From a candidate division WWE3 bacterium (GTDB lineage: Bacteria > Patescibacteriota > WWE3 > UBA101185 > UBA10185): DNA of 64,000 bases. Where the stretch lies: the NCBI GenBank assembly GCA_012798115.1, contig JAAZNV010000009.1, positions 10,156-74,155 of the forward strand. Direction: 5' to 3'. The position numbers were made by a program, and so were the translations under genes. The notes below the pieces were generated by a model that did not search any database, was not told the DNA's origin, and saw only the letters and a program-made list of their open reading frames with translations. Below are positions 46,917 through 55,953 of this stretch, one piece after another (the stretch's first letter is position 1; each line of letters begins with the position of its first letter).

Positions 46917-47570
46917 ATGAGTAAGAAGACGGGTAATGCTGTCCAAGACGACAAGCTAACGAACGAGGAGCTTGGTGCTTTATATCGCAGGGTTTTGGAA
47001 ATTAGTCGCCGCTTGAACGACGGAACTATTAAGTATACTTCTGTGATGGGGGGTCTTCAGGAAATTATTGAGGGTCAAGGGGCAGAGGATCGGTCAGTCT
47101 GGAACTGGAAGACTATTGAGATCGGAACTTACAAGGATATGGAGTCCCTGCGCAAAGCTCTGGAAGAAGCAGGTGCTGCTATTAGGGGTCAGGCAAGTGA
47201 TGTTCTCAACAGGGTATATTTAAGTAAATCCAAACAGTCCTTGGATCTGGTGGTTTTGTCCGTCAAAGAGCTGGGATTTTCTCAAAGAGCCCAACTAGAA
47301 AGCATCCACAAAATCGGTGACGTACAGGGTTTGGGCAAGCCTCCAGCTGAAGCAGCTCCGCAGTACCTATTGGAGCACGGTAATAACCTAAAACCTGGAG
47401 AGGTTCTAATCTTTGCAATGGAACCTATTATAGACTCCTTTTGCGATCTGCGCCTGTTCTTCGTCAAGCGCTTTGGCGATGTTCTTAGTCTCGGCGCGTT
47501 CCGCGTTCGCCCTGATGACTTCTGGGATGTTGACGATCGCTTCGTGTTCGTTCGTGTTCGTTGCAAGTAG
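46917..47570 (+). CDS. Probable DGR target-type protein (CLec-like C-terminus)
   Basis: 'PAEAAPQY...IFAMEPI.DS...LF.V.R....L......P.D.W....RFVF' C-terminus; A-depleted, GC-rich 3' end; downstream hairpin. Confidence 0.65.
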   Translation: MSKKTGNAVQDDKLTNEELGALYRRVLEISRRLNDGTIKYTSVMGGLQEIIEGQGAEDRSVWNWKTIEIGTYKDMESLRKALEEAGAAIRGQASDVLNRVYLSKSKQSLDLVVLSVKELGFSQRAQLESIHKIGDVQGLGKPPAEAAPQYLLEHGNNLKPGEVLIFAMEPIIDSFCDLRLFFVKRFGDVLSLGAFRVRPDDFWDVDDRFVFVRVRCK

Positions 47571-47578
47571 GTTCTTTG

Positions 47579-47620
47579 AACTCCGTGTTTTTGGATTTTT
47601 CTATACCAAAGCACGGAGTT
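47579..47620. terminator. Hairpin (bidirectional terminator and/or DGR homing hairpin)
   Basis: AACTCCGTG/CACGGAGTT stem, extended by TTT-GG/CCAAA. Confidence 0.75.
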
Positions 47621-47621
47621 T

Positions 47622-48698
47622 TTATTCACTCATCATTATTGCCATATCAACAAGTCTATTACTGTATCCCCATTCATTGTCATACCAAGCAAATATCTTA
47701 ACTAAATTCTTATCTATAACCTTAGTCATAGACAAATCTACTACTGCAGAGTAGGGGTTTCCAATAATATCTGAAGATACAATAGGTTCATAAGTAACTT
47801 GGATAACATCCTTGTAAATTGAATTTTTAGAAGCTTCTTCAAATGCTTTATTTACTTCATCTTCAGTAACATTCTTTTCAACCAAAGCTGTAATATCAGA
47901 TAAAGACCCTGTAACAATTGGAACTCTAAGAGATACACCATCAAATTTTCCCTTAAGATTTGGCAATGCTTCTGTTGTTGCGTCTGCAGCACCAGTAGTT
48001 GTAGGTATTATATTGTAACCAGATGACCTAGCCCTTCTTAAATCTACCTTTTCTCCAGATGGTGGAGTATCCACAACACTCTGATTATTTGTTATTGCAT
48101 GAATAGTACTCATTCCAGCTTTAATAATCTTGAAATTCTTGTCAAGAATAGCTAGCACTGGAGAAATACAGTTCGTTGTACAAGAAGCATTTGAGATAGC
48201 ATTTTGACCTAAATACTGTGAATCATTAACCCCTTTCATAAATGTTTGAATAGTTCCACCTTTTGTTGGAGCAGACACTATTACTTTCTTAGCTCCTGCC
48301 TTTATATGTTCCAATGCACTGTCATCTTTAGTAAATCTTCCTGTGCATTCCAAAACAATATCAATATTTAGCTTTTTCCATGGTAATTTGCTTGGTTCTT
48401 TTTCTGAAGTTACTAAAGTTCTTTTTCCGTCTACAATAAGATAATTTTCATTTCCCTTAATATCAAAAAACTCCTTTTCTCCCTTATTGTCTTCCAGTCT
48501 TGTCTTTTTACCATCTTCTTCTATGTATATTTCCTTGTTGTAAACTCCATAAACCGTGTCATATTTTAAAAGGTGAGCTAAGACTCGAGGATTAGTTAAA
48601 TCATTGATAGCAGCAATGCTTAATCCTTTTTCAAGAGCAATCTTGAAAGAAGATCTCCCTATTCTTCCAAATCCATTTATTGCAAGCTGGGCAGTCAT
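47622..48698 (-). CDS. gap: Type I glyceraldehyde-3-phosphate dehydrogenase
   Basis: 'INGFGRIGR', 'ASCTTNC', 'WYDNEWGYS'. Confidence 0.99.
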   Translation of the reverse strand: MTAQLAINGFGRIGRSSFKIALEKGLSIAAINDLTNPRVLAHLLKYDTVYGVYNKEIYIEEDGKKTRLEDNKGEKEFFDIKGNENYLIVDGKRTLVTSEKEPSKLPWKKLNIDIVLECTGRFTKDDSALEHIKAGAKKVIVSAPTKGGTIQTFMKGVNDSQYLGQNAISNASCTTNCISPVLAILDKNFKIIKAGMSTIHAITNNQSVVDTPPSGEKVDLRRARSSGYNIIPTTTGAADATTEALPNLKGKFDGVSLRVPIVTGSLSDITALVEKNVTEDEVNKAFEEASKNSIYKDVIQVTYEPIVSSDIIGNPYSAVVDLSMTKVIDKNLVKIFAWYDNEWGYSNRLVDMAIMMSE

Positions 48699-48719
48699 AT
48701 TTTAATTCTACAACATTAA

Positions 48720-48986
48720 CTAATTTAAAAGTGAATTCAACCAAGTTTTTAACATCTCTTTAGGCATTGCACCTGTTCTTCTATCTATTTCTTTATCATC
48801 TTTCAAGGCTACAAATGTTGGAATGCTCATAATATTAAACTTTGATGCTAGATCTGATTCTGCTTCTACATCAGATTTCTGGAATTGTATCTTTCCTTGG
48901 TAATCACCTTCAATTTCTTCAAATATTGGGGCCATTATCTTGCACGGTCCACACCAATCTGCATAAAAATCTATTAATTTAATCAT
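48720..48986 (-). CDS. trxA: Thioredoxin
   Basis: 'DFYADWCGPC', 'SIPT'. Confidence 0.95.
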   Translation of the reverse strand: MIKLIDFYADWCGPCKIMAPIFEEIEGDYQGKIQFQKSDVEAESDLASKFNIMSIPTFVALKDDKEIDRRTGAMPKEMLKTWLNSLLN

Positions 48987-49066
48987 TTCAAATCTCCTAA
49001 GATGAAAATATATTTACTAAATAAAACTGCTGGGATCTATGATAACATAATCTTTGTTTACTCACT

Positions 49067-50080
49067 ATGAAAAATATTTCAAGAAGAAAATATACTCTTT
49101 TTCTATTGATTTTAATGCTTCTTATAACCGTCTTTATTTTTGGGGAAGGACTTTTTAAGAAAGTATTTAAAGATGAGTTTCTTGTTAAAGAAGATTTAAC
49201 AGAAAAAAATTATTATTCTACGCTTTTAATCAACACATTAAGTGATTCCGGAAGCTCACCTGATTTTAGTATCCTCCAGTCTAATTGGAATCCTGGAGAA
49301 GAGTATGGTACGTCCAATCAGCCTGAGATATCAGGAGAAAGTGGCATAGTTGTAGACATAAATTCTGGGAGGATTCTTTATGAGAAAAATTCTACACAAA
49401 GGTTAAAAATTGCAAGTTTAACTAAAATTATGACTGCTGTAGTTGCTTTAGAACATAAGAATATTAATGATGAGATTGTTGTTTCCTTAAAAGCTTCATC
49501 TATTGGAGAAAATGTTATGGGTATATCAGAAAGTGAAGTATACACACTAGAAGAACTTCTTTATGGGCTGATTTTAAATTCTGGAAATGATGCTGCATAT
49601 GCAATTGCAGAAGGAGTTGCTGGGAACTCCGACACATTTGTTAAGTGGATGAATATGAAAGCAAAGGAATTGAATTTAAATGATACGTATTTTACTGACC
49701 CTTGTGGTTTAAACGATGAAACTTATTCCACTTCAGTAGATTTAGTTAAGTTATCTAGGTATGCAATGCAAAAAGAAGAGTTTAGGAAGATAGTAAGTAC
49801 GGTTAGTATGGAGCTTCCTTATTCTGAAAAACATAAATATATTTATTTGGAAAACCAAACTAATCTTTTAACTACATATCCTGGAGTTGCAGGAATAAAA
49901 ACAGGGTATACAGAAGAAGCAGGGTATTGTTTAGTTTCTTATACAAAGAATAATAACATTGAGCTAATTGGAGCAGTCTTAAATAGTGAAAATAGGAAGT
50001 TTGATATGATTTTTATGCTCGATCACAGTTATTCCACATTGGGAGTTGTAATCGAGCATCCTTTACTTCAATTTTATTAA
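49067..50080 (+). CDS. D-alanyl-D-alanine carboxypeptidase (peptidase S11)
   Basis: SxxK 'ASLTKIMT', SxN 'SGNDAA', KTG 'GIKTGYT'. Confidence 0.93.
   Translation: MKNISRRKYTLFLLILMLLITVFIFGEGLFKKVFKDEFLVKEDLTEKNYYSTLLINTLSDSGSSPDFSILQSNWNPGEEYGTSNQPEISGESGIVVDINSGRILYEKNSTQRLKIASLTKIMTAVVALEHKNINDEIVVSLKASSIGENVMGISESEVYTLEELLYGLILNSGNDAAYAIAEGVAGNSDTFVKWMNMKAKELNLNDTYFTDPCGLNDETYSTSVDLVKLSRYAMQKEEFRKIVSTVSMELPYSEKHKYIYLENQTNLLTTYPGVAGIKTGYTEEAGYCLVSYTKNNNIELIGAVLNSENRKFDMIFMLDHSYSTLGVVIEHPLLQFY
49995..50079 (+). repeat. 85-bp direct repeat, copy 1 (3' end of carboxypeptidase gene)
   Basis: Identical to 50615-50699; contains the inverted repeat ATGCTCGAT/ATCGAGCAT. Confidence 0.97.
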
Positions 50081-50081
50081 T

Positions 50082-50519
50082 TCAATCGGTGGCTTTAACA
50101 ATAACAATTCCTTTGGCCTCACCTACTTGCGTATAAAGACCTGAGGACAGCTTTTCTCCAGTCGGTATTGTTATTGGGCCCATTCTAAAACTATCGCGTT
50201 GAGGAAAATAAATCTTTTGTATTCTTGGTTCGTACCCCTTAAGTTTATACAGAATGTATCCCATAAGTGTGTTTTTTACGTAGTTTATGAAATGTTTGTT
50301 TTCACGTAGAACGCAAGCTGATGCCAACTCGTCATCGGTTCTTGTTCCTTTTTTTGGTTTCACATATAAAACAAAACTTACACTAGCAAACCATTCCAGG
50401 GCAGAACTAGGATGCTTCTCTTTCCAAATTGCCATACGACTAAGATCTGTGTCAAGAGAATAAATTACCCATTCTATACCGCTGCTTGGTGCCTTAAAGC
50501 ACTTGTCGTAATAATCCAT
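50082..50519 (-). CDS. Orphan protein A (145 aa)
   Basis: TTGAAT-N17-TACAAT and AAGGAG SD before ATG50519 (MDYYDK). Confidence 0.7.
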   Translation of the reverse strand: MDYYDKCFKAPSSGIEWVIYSLDTDLSRMAIWKEKHPSSALEWFASVSFVLYVKPKKGTRTDDELASACVLRENKHFINYVKNTLMGYILYKLKGYEPRIQKIYFPQRDSFRMGPITIPTGEKLSSGLYTQVGEAKGIVIVKATD

Positions 50520-50614
50520 TTGTCGCTCCTTTTCTAGTCTTTTCCTTTTGATTTTCTGGATTGTAGCAGTAAAGAGTTTTGTATTCAACTCTGCAAGTCT
50601 TGGTTATTTAAGTG

Positions 50615-50699
50615 GGAAGTTTGATATGATTTTTATGCTCGATCACAGTTATTCCACATTGGGAGTTGTAATCGAGCATCCTTTACTTCAATTTTATTA
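50615..50699 (+). repeat. 85-bp direct repeat, copy 2
   Basis: Exact copy 620 bp downstream of copy 1. Confidence 0.97.
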
Positions 50700-51131
50700 G
50701 TTGTTTACCTGTGTTGGTATTGATCGCATTACAGAAGCTACACCTCTTAACACATAACATTCTGAGTTAGACATGTAAGTGTCTCTTCTGGTTTTTGCAA
50801 GTACCCTGTCATAAACTCTTATTTCAACCCCTTCTTTTTTAAGCAATACTCTAGCTCTTGGAGCAACTTTCCTTGATACTGTAGATAACAGGTTGTTGGT
50901 GTATTTCCTGGATTCATAGTCTACCCCATTTAATATCTCTTGAAGATCAAGTTTCTTGTCTTTTGGCTTCGACCTTAAAATTGCTTGGAATGATACCTGT
51001 GCTATCTTGACGTGCCCATCTAATTTCTTTGCATAGGGATACTTGTATACTACTTTTGGAAACCATACTAAAAAGACCGTTACTGATTTTTGGTGTATAA
51101 ATACCGTAAATTCTGTGCCTTCTCCTCCCAT
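50697..51131 (-). CDS. Orphan protein B (144 aa), probable distant paralogue of A
   Basis: TTGAAA-N17-TAGAAT promoter; shares a 'AxVSF....KPK' motif with A. Confidence 0.7.
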   Translation of the reverse strand: MGGEGTEFTVFIHQKSVTVFLVWFPKVVYKYPYAKKLDGHVKIAQVSFQAILRSKPKDKKLDLQEILNGVDYESRKYTNNLLSTVSRKVAPRARVLLKKEGVEIRVYDRVLAKTRRDTYMSNSECYVLRGVASVMRSIPTQVNN

Positions 51132-51235
51132 CGTCTTTCCTTTCTTTATTTATCGCTTGGATTCTACCAATAAACATCTTGTATTTCAATTCTATAAGCT
51201 TTGATTATAAATTGCATATTTGTAATAATAAAGAC

Positions 51236-51766
51236 ATGGAAAACAATAAACGTAAGAGTATATTCCCTTTAGTTGTAATATTTCTATTCATTGGAATTCT
51301 AGTATTTGGAGCTTATTGGTATGGTAAACAATCTTCCTTAGAAAACACAAAGAATGAAATAGAAGAGTCAAAAGAATCTACTTCTTCAAAAGACGAGGAG
51401 AAAAAAGATGAAGGAGAAAATGGCAAAGAAGATGAATCTGAAAAGATGAAAGAAGAAGATACAGAAGAAGAAATAAAAACAGAGCTAAAGAAGCTATTTG
51501 CAGTTAAATATAATAAAGAAATTGAAGATGTAAGTATAACAATAAGTCAAAGAAAAGGAGACTACATTGTAGGTGGCGTTAAATTTACTGGAGAAATGGC
51601 TGGTGGGTATTTGTTAGGTGCTAAGGTCAATGGGGAGTGGAAGATAATATTTGATGGTAATGGGACTATTCCATGTAGTTCAGTAGATAAAGTAGATTTT
51701 CCGTCTGATTTAGTTACAGAATGCTGGGATACAGTAAACATGGAATCTGTTGATAGAACAAAGTAA
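51236..51766 (+). CDS. Membrane-anchored CPR protein with acidic linker
   Basis: TM, E/K-rich linker, then 'GGVKF..GG...GEWKIIFDGNG.IPC'; start at MENNKR. Confidence 0.75.
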   Translation: MENNKRKSIFPLVVIFLFIGILVFGAYWYGKQSSLENTKNEIEESKESTSSKDEEKKDEGENGKEDESEKMKEEDTEEEIKTELKKLFAVKYNKEIEDVSITISQRKGDYIVGGVKFTGEMAGGYLLGAKVNGEWKIIFDGNGTIPCSSVDKVDFPSDLVTECWDTVNMESVDRTK

Positions 51767-51835
51767 CAAACAATAAACAAAACCATCAATTGATTTTCTT
51801 AAGGTTACTAAGTTAATAGGTGATATTATATTTTC

Positions 51836-53815
51836 GTGTCTAAAAATAATTCCCAAGATAAATCTGAACTACTTAAGAAGTTAAACCTCCAGCAGATAGA
51901 AGCTGTGAAGCACTTAAATGGTCCTGCACTTGTTGTAGCAGGTCCTGGAAGTGGTAAAACAAGAGTATTGACCCACAGAGTTGCTTATTTAATAAAAGAA
52001 AAGAAAATCCCGGAGGCTAATATCTTATGTGTGACTTTTACAAATAAAGCAGCTGATGAAATAAAGTCTAGAGTTAGTGTTTTACTTTCTAATAATCAAG
52101 AATCTTCAAAACTTCCTTGGAGTGGAACATTTCACTCAATATGTTCAAAAATCCTTAGAAAGGATGGAATAAACATTGAAATACCCCCATCTTATGTGAT
52201 TTATGATACGGATGATTCGTCAGATGTAATAAAAGGAATACTTAAGGATTTTGGAATTGATTCTAAGAGATTTCATCCCAAGGCTGTATGGGAAACAATA
52301 TCTAGTGCCAAGTCAGAGCTTGTTCCACCGCTTGATTATGAAGGCTATGCTCAAGGTTATTACCAAAGGACAGTTGCTAAAGTTTATCCTGAGTATCAAA
52401 AGAGATTAAAAGATAACAACGCCTTGGACTTTGATGATCTTCTTTTTGAAACAGTAAGATTATTTGACGAGATTCCTCACATTTTGGAGAAATATCAAAA
52501 CTTATTTAAGTACATTCTTGTGGATGAATATCAAGATACAAATAAAGCACAATATATTTTGACTAAACAATTATCTAATTCCCACAAGAATATATTTGTG
52601 GTTGGAGATATGTCGCAAGCTATTTACTCTTTTAGAGGAGCTGATTTTAGAAATATACTTAACTTTCAAAAAGATTACCCTGAAGCCAAAATATACAACT
52701 TAGAACAAAATTATAGATCAACCCAAAACATCTTAGATGCTGCTAAGAACGTGATAAAGAATAATTCCACTCATATCCCTCTTGATTTATGGACTGAAAA
52801 TGAAGGTGGGGAGAAAGTAGTGGTTTTTTCTGGAGGTACAGACAAAGAAGAAATATCTTTTGTCATAAATGAAATAACTAATCAAATATCTTTAGGTAAG
52901 TCATTTGGTGATGTTGCTGTCTTGTATAGAACTAATGCTCAGTCTAGAGCAATGGAAGAGGCTTTAATTAAAAATAATATCCCATATAGAATATTTGGAG
53001 GTGTAAGGTTTTACTCTAGGAAGGAAATAAAAGATATTGTTGCTTACCTTCGTGTTATTCATAACCCTAAGGACTCTGTTTCATGGAAAAGAATAATAAA
53101 TATACCTCCAAGAGGAATAGGACAAAAAACTATGGAAAAGCTAAAAGAAGGAAAATGGGACATTGAAGAAGTGGAGAAGGTGTCTAAACTCCCACTTTCT
53201 AAATGGATAAAAAGCAAAGAAGCTTTATCCACCAATGAGCTAATGGATATAGTCTTAAATGACACAGGGTATATTAAGTGGCTTGATGATGGCGCAGAAG
53301 AAGCTTTGTCTAGAGTGGAAAACGTCAAAGAACTAAGATCTGTTGCTTCTCTTTTTGTAAATCTTGAAGATTTTCTTGAGAATATTTCTTTAATAGAAAA
53401 TACAGAAAAGCCTAGTGATGTAAAAAATACAAACTCTGTAACTTTGCTTACCGTTCATTCTGCAAAAGGACTAGAGTTTGGTGTTGTCTTTATCATTGGA
53501 ATGGAGGAAGGGTTGTTTCCTCATGCTCAGTCTATTGGGGAAGCACAAGATTTGGAAGAAGAAAGGAGGCTTTGTTATGTCGCAATTACGAGAGCAAAAG
53601 AAAAAGTTTATTTAACTAATGCTAAGTCAAGACTTTACTTTGGAAATATTCAAGCAAATCTTCCAAGTAGATTTTTGTTGGAGATTCCAAGTAAGTTGAT
53701 TGATTTTAAGGGAATTAATTTTACTAACTACTTTGGCAATCATTTTAAGAGTACATCCGACAATGATTTTTTAGATGACTTAGATTTAAATAGAAACTTT
53801 TTTAAGTGGGAATAG
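51836..53815 (+). CDS. pcrA: ATP-dependent DNA helicase PcrA/UvrD
   Basis: 'AGPGSGKT', 'TFTNKAA', 'VDEYQD', 'EEERRLCYVAITRA'. Confidence 0.93.
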   Translation: MSKNNSQDKSELLKKLNLQQIEAVKHLNGPALVVAGPGSGKTRVLTHRVAYLIKEKKIPEANILCVTFTNKAADEIKSRVSVLLSNNQESSKLPWSGTFHSICSKILRKDGINIEIPPSYVIYDTDDSSDVIKGILKDFGIDSKRFHPKAVWETISSAKSELVPPLDYEGYAQGYYQRTVAKVYPEYQKRLKDNNALDFDDLLFETVRLFDEIPHILEKYQNLFKYILVDEYQDTNKAQYILTKQLSNSHKNIFVVGDMSQAIYSFRGADFRNILNFQKDYPEAKIYNLEQNYRSTQNILDAAKNVIKNNSTHIPLDLWTENEGGEKVVVFSGGTDKEEISFVINEITNQISLGKSFGDVAVLYRTNAQSRAMEEALIKNNIPYRIFGGVRFYSRKEIKDIVAYLRVIHNPKDSVSWKRIINIPPRGIGQKTMEKLKEGKWDIEEVEKVSKLPLSKWIKSKEALSTNELMDIVLNDTGYIKWLDDGAEEALSRVENVKELRSVASLFVNLEDFLENISLIENTEKPSDVKNTNSVTLLTVHSAKGLEFGVVFIIGMEEGLFPHAQSIGEAQDLEEERRLCYVAITRAKEKVYLTNAKSRLYFGNIQANLPSRFLLEIPSKLIDFKGINFTNYFGNHFKSTSDNDFLDDLDLNRNFFKWE

Positions 53816-53897
53816 TTTGATTTATTTTGACTTGCTTGATTTGCTAACCTATCTTTTTTTATGTTACATTTACGCAAATAAGTAAAAAGGAGGATGA

Positions 53898-54218
53898 ATG
53901 AGCAGGATGATCCCATGTGTAGTTAAGCTCACTGGTGACCCTAGGTTTTATGTAGTTGGATCAAGCAATGGTAAGGTGATTTCAATCCTTATTTCTTGTG
54001 AAGGTAAGCAAATTTTTGAGCCCTTATCAAATAAGGAAATTCGTTTAAAACCTGCTGACAGTGCTAGCTTCCTTAATTGTATAAAGGACTTAAGAAACAA
54101 ACCTTCTATCTTGGTCTGTGAGTTTAAAACTTATGAAGAAGCTGAATTTGCAGCTGCTAAAGCATATGGAGTTGATTATGACTTAGTCGATTTTATATGC
54201 TTGTATACCCCCGTATGA
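53898..54218 (+). CDS. Orphan 106-aa protein
   Basis: AAGGAGG SD, TGT-TACATT extended -10, and its own hairpin at the stop. Confidence 0.7.
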   Translation: MSRMIPCVVKLTGDPRFYVVGSSNGKVISILISCEGKQIFEPLSNKEIRLKPADSASFLNCIKDLRNKPSILVCEFKTYEEAEFAAAKAYGVDYDLVDFICLYTPV

Positions 54219-54231
54219 AATTTATACGGGG
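54209..54231 (+). terminator. Terminator hairpin
   Basis: CCCCGTAT/ATACGGGG followed by a T-rich tract. Confidence 0.65.
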
Positions 54232-54258
54232 AGTTTCATTTTAATGTAAAATATCCAT

Positions 54259-55035
54259 ATGTATGAGCCGATTAAATCTCTTGGGCAAAACTTCCTTGTG
54301 GATATGAATGTTGCAAGAAATATGGTTGATTCTCTTTATATTGTTGATGGCGATGAGATTATTGAAGTAGGGCCGGGGCATGGGGCCTTGACGGAGTTTT
54401 TGGTTGATAAGATAAGAAATACCAACTCAAGGCTTTACTCTATTGAAATAGATGAAAGATTTTATGAAAAGCTTCTTGGTATGTACACTGCTAGTAACGT
54501 TGAGATAATAAACCAAAACATCTTAGATTATCTTCCAAAATTTAGCCCTTCCATAGATTTTAAAGTTATTGGTTCTTTGCCTTATTACATAACATCACCA
54601 ATTATTCACAACATTGTTTATATGTTTAAGAAGCCAAAGATTTGTGTATTTCTTGTTCAAAAAGAAGTTGCTGAGAAAATCAAAAGCAAAGCACCAGACT
54701 CTTCTTATATGTCTTGTTTTATTCAAACCTTCTTTGAAGTTGAATACATTGGTAAAGTCCCAAAGAATAAGTTCAAACCTGAGCCTAAAGTAGATGGCGG
54801 AATAATTAAACTTACAAGAAAAGACTTGAGTAGAGATTTGAATACTAATCAAAGTTTCGTTAGGAAGTATGAAGGATTCTTACATAAGGCATTTTCTAAT
54901 CCTAGAAAAATGCTAAACAAAGTCTTTTCTAAGGAAGAATTAGAAACTGGAAATATTAGTCCTTCTTTGAGAGCCCAAAATTTAAATGCAAATGATTGGT
55001 TAAGTTTTTATAAAATTTTAAATAAGGTTAATTAA
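54259..55035 (+). CDS. rsmA: 16S rRNA dimethyladenosine transferase
   Basis: 'KSLGQNFL', 'EVGPGHGALT', 'LPYYITSPI', 'QKEVA', 'PKVD'. Confidence 0.97.
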   Translation: MYEPIKSLGQNFLVDMNVARNMVDSLYIVDGDEIIEVGPGHGALTEFLVDKIRNTNSRLYSIEIDERFYEKLLGMYTASNVEIINQNILDYLPKFSPSIDFKVIGSLPYYITSPIIHNIVYMFKKPKICVFLVQKEVAEKIKSKAPDSSYMSCFIQTFFEVEYIGKVPKNKFKPEPKVDGGIIKLTRKDLSRDLNTNQSFVRKYEGFLHKAFSNPRKMLNKVFSKEELETGNISPSLRAQNLNANDWLSFYKILNKVN

Positions 55036-55039
55036 AATT

Positions 55040-55774
55040 ATGAGATTTAGTATTTGCATCCCATCTTTGAATGAAGAGAAGTATATAGACAAACTCCTTA
55101 ATTGCTTAGTGAGACAAACGTTTAAGGATTATGAGGTGATTGTGTCTGATGGTAAATCAGAGGACAACACAAGAGGAATTGTTTCGGGATTTAAAGATAA
55201 GTTAAACATTAAATTTATGGATTCACCAAAAAGAGGGGTTTCTTTTCAAAGAAATTATGCTGCTAAGAACTCCAGTGGTGACTACGTTATATTTTTTGAT
55301 GCAGACGTACAAATAAGTGATGATTTTCTTGAAAGAATAAACAAGTTTATAGAAAAAAGAGGTGTAGATGTACTGACTTCATGGAACAGGCCTTTATCTA
55401 GTAGGTTGGATGATAAGTTTTTATTTTTTCTTTACAACATTGTTTGTTTGGAATTGGTAAAAAAGATAGCACCTGGGGCAGTAGGTGTTTTTATATGTGT
55501 AAGAAGATCTTCTTTTGAAAGAATAGAAGGATTTAAAGAAGATATTAGTTTTGCTGAAGATTATGAATTAGTTAGAAGATTGCATAAAAATGGCTTCAAG
55601 TACGCTTTATTAAAAAGTCCACCAATAGAAGTATCTGTTAGAAGATTAGAAAAAGAAGGAAGGTTACATATGGTTGCTAAAACGCTGAAGACTGCTGTTT
55701 ATTATCTTTTGTTTGGAAACAACTTTGCTGAAAAATTAAAAGGCAAGATAATTCACGAGTCTGGAAAGTTTTAA
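55040..55774 (+). CDS. Glycosyltransferase family 2
   Basis: 'SICIPSLNEE', 'DGKSEDNT', 'FFDAD', 'AEDY'. Confidence 0.93.
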   Translation: MRFSICIPSLNEEKYIDKLLNCLVRQTFKDYEVIVSDGKSEDNTRGIVSGFKDKLNIKFMDSPKRGVSFQRNYAAKNSSGDYVIFFDADVQISDDFLERINKFIEKRGVDVLTSWNRPLSSRLDDKFLFFLYNIVCLELVKKIAPGAVGVFICVRRSSFERIEGFKEDISFAEDYELVRRLHKNGFKYALLKSPPIEVSVRRLEKEGRLHMVAKTLKTAVYYLLFGNNFAEKLKGKIIHESGKF

Positions 55775-55780
55775 TGTCTT

Positions 55781-55903
55781 AGGTATTGTGGTTAAAAGAT
55801 CGAAGCCCGTTGTACTTAAGCTTAACGGGCCTCTTTTTGGCCCAAAGTTTATCTTTAAGCCTGTACTCTATGATCCCGTCCAAAAGGACGATATTTAATT
55901 GTT
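55781..55903 (-). ncRNA. Candidate structured ncRNA (unassigned)
   Basis: Minus-strand TTGACT-N17-TATTTT promoter; several GC-rich stems in an AT-rich gap. Confidence 0.35.
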
Positions 55904-55953
55904 AATAAGAAAATAGCTTATATACTAATTTAAGTCAATGTTATACTTGGTCC

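Noticed and set aside
47473-47754. Alternative-frame ORF over the putative variable region
   Set aside because: The frame is open because A-depletion removes stop codons; it runs antisense into gap.
49995-50699. CRISPR array or integron attC array
   Set aside because: Only two 85-bp copies, one of them protein-coding; no cas or integrase genes and no clear RYYYAAC/GTTRRRY ends.
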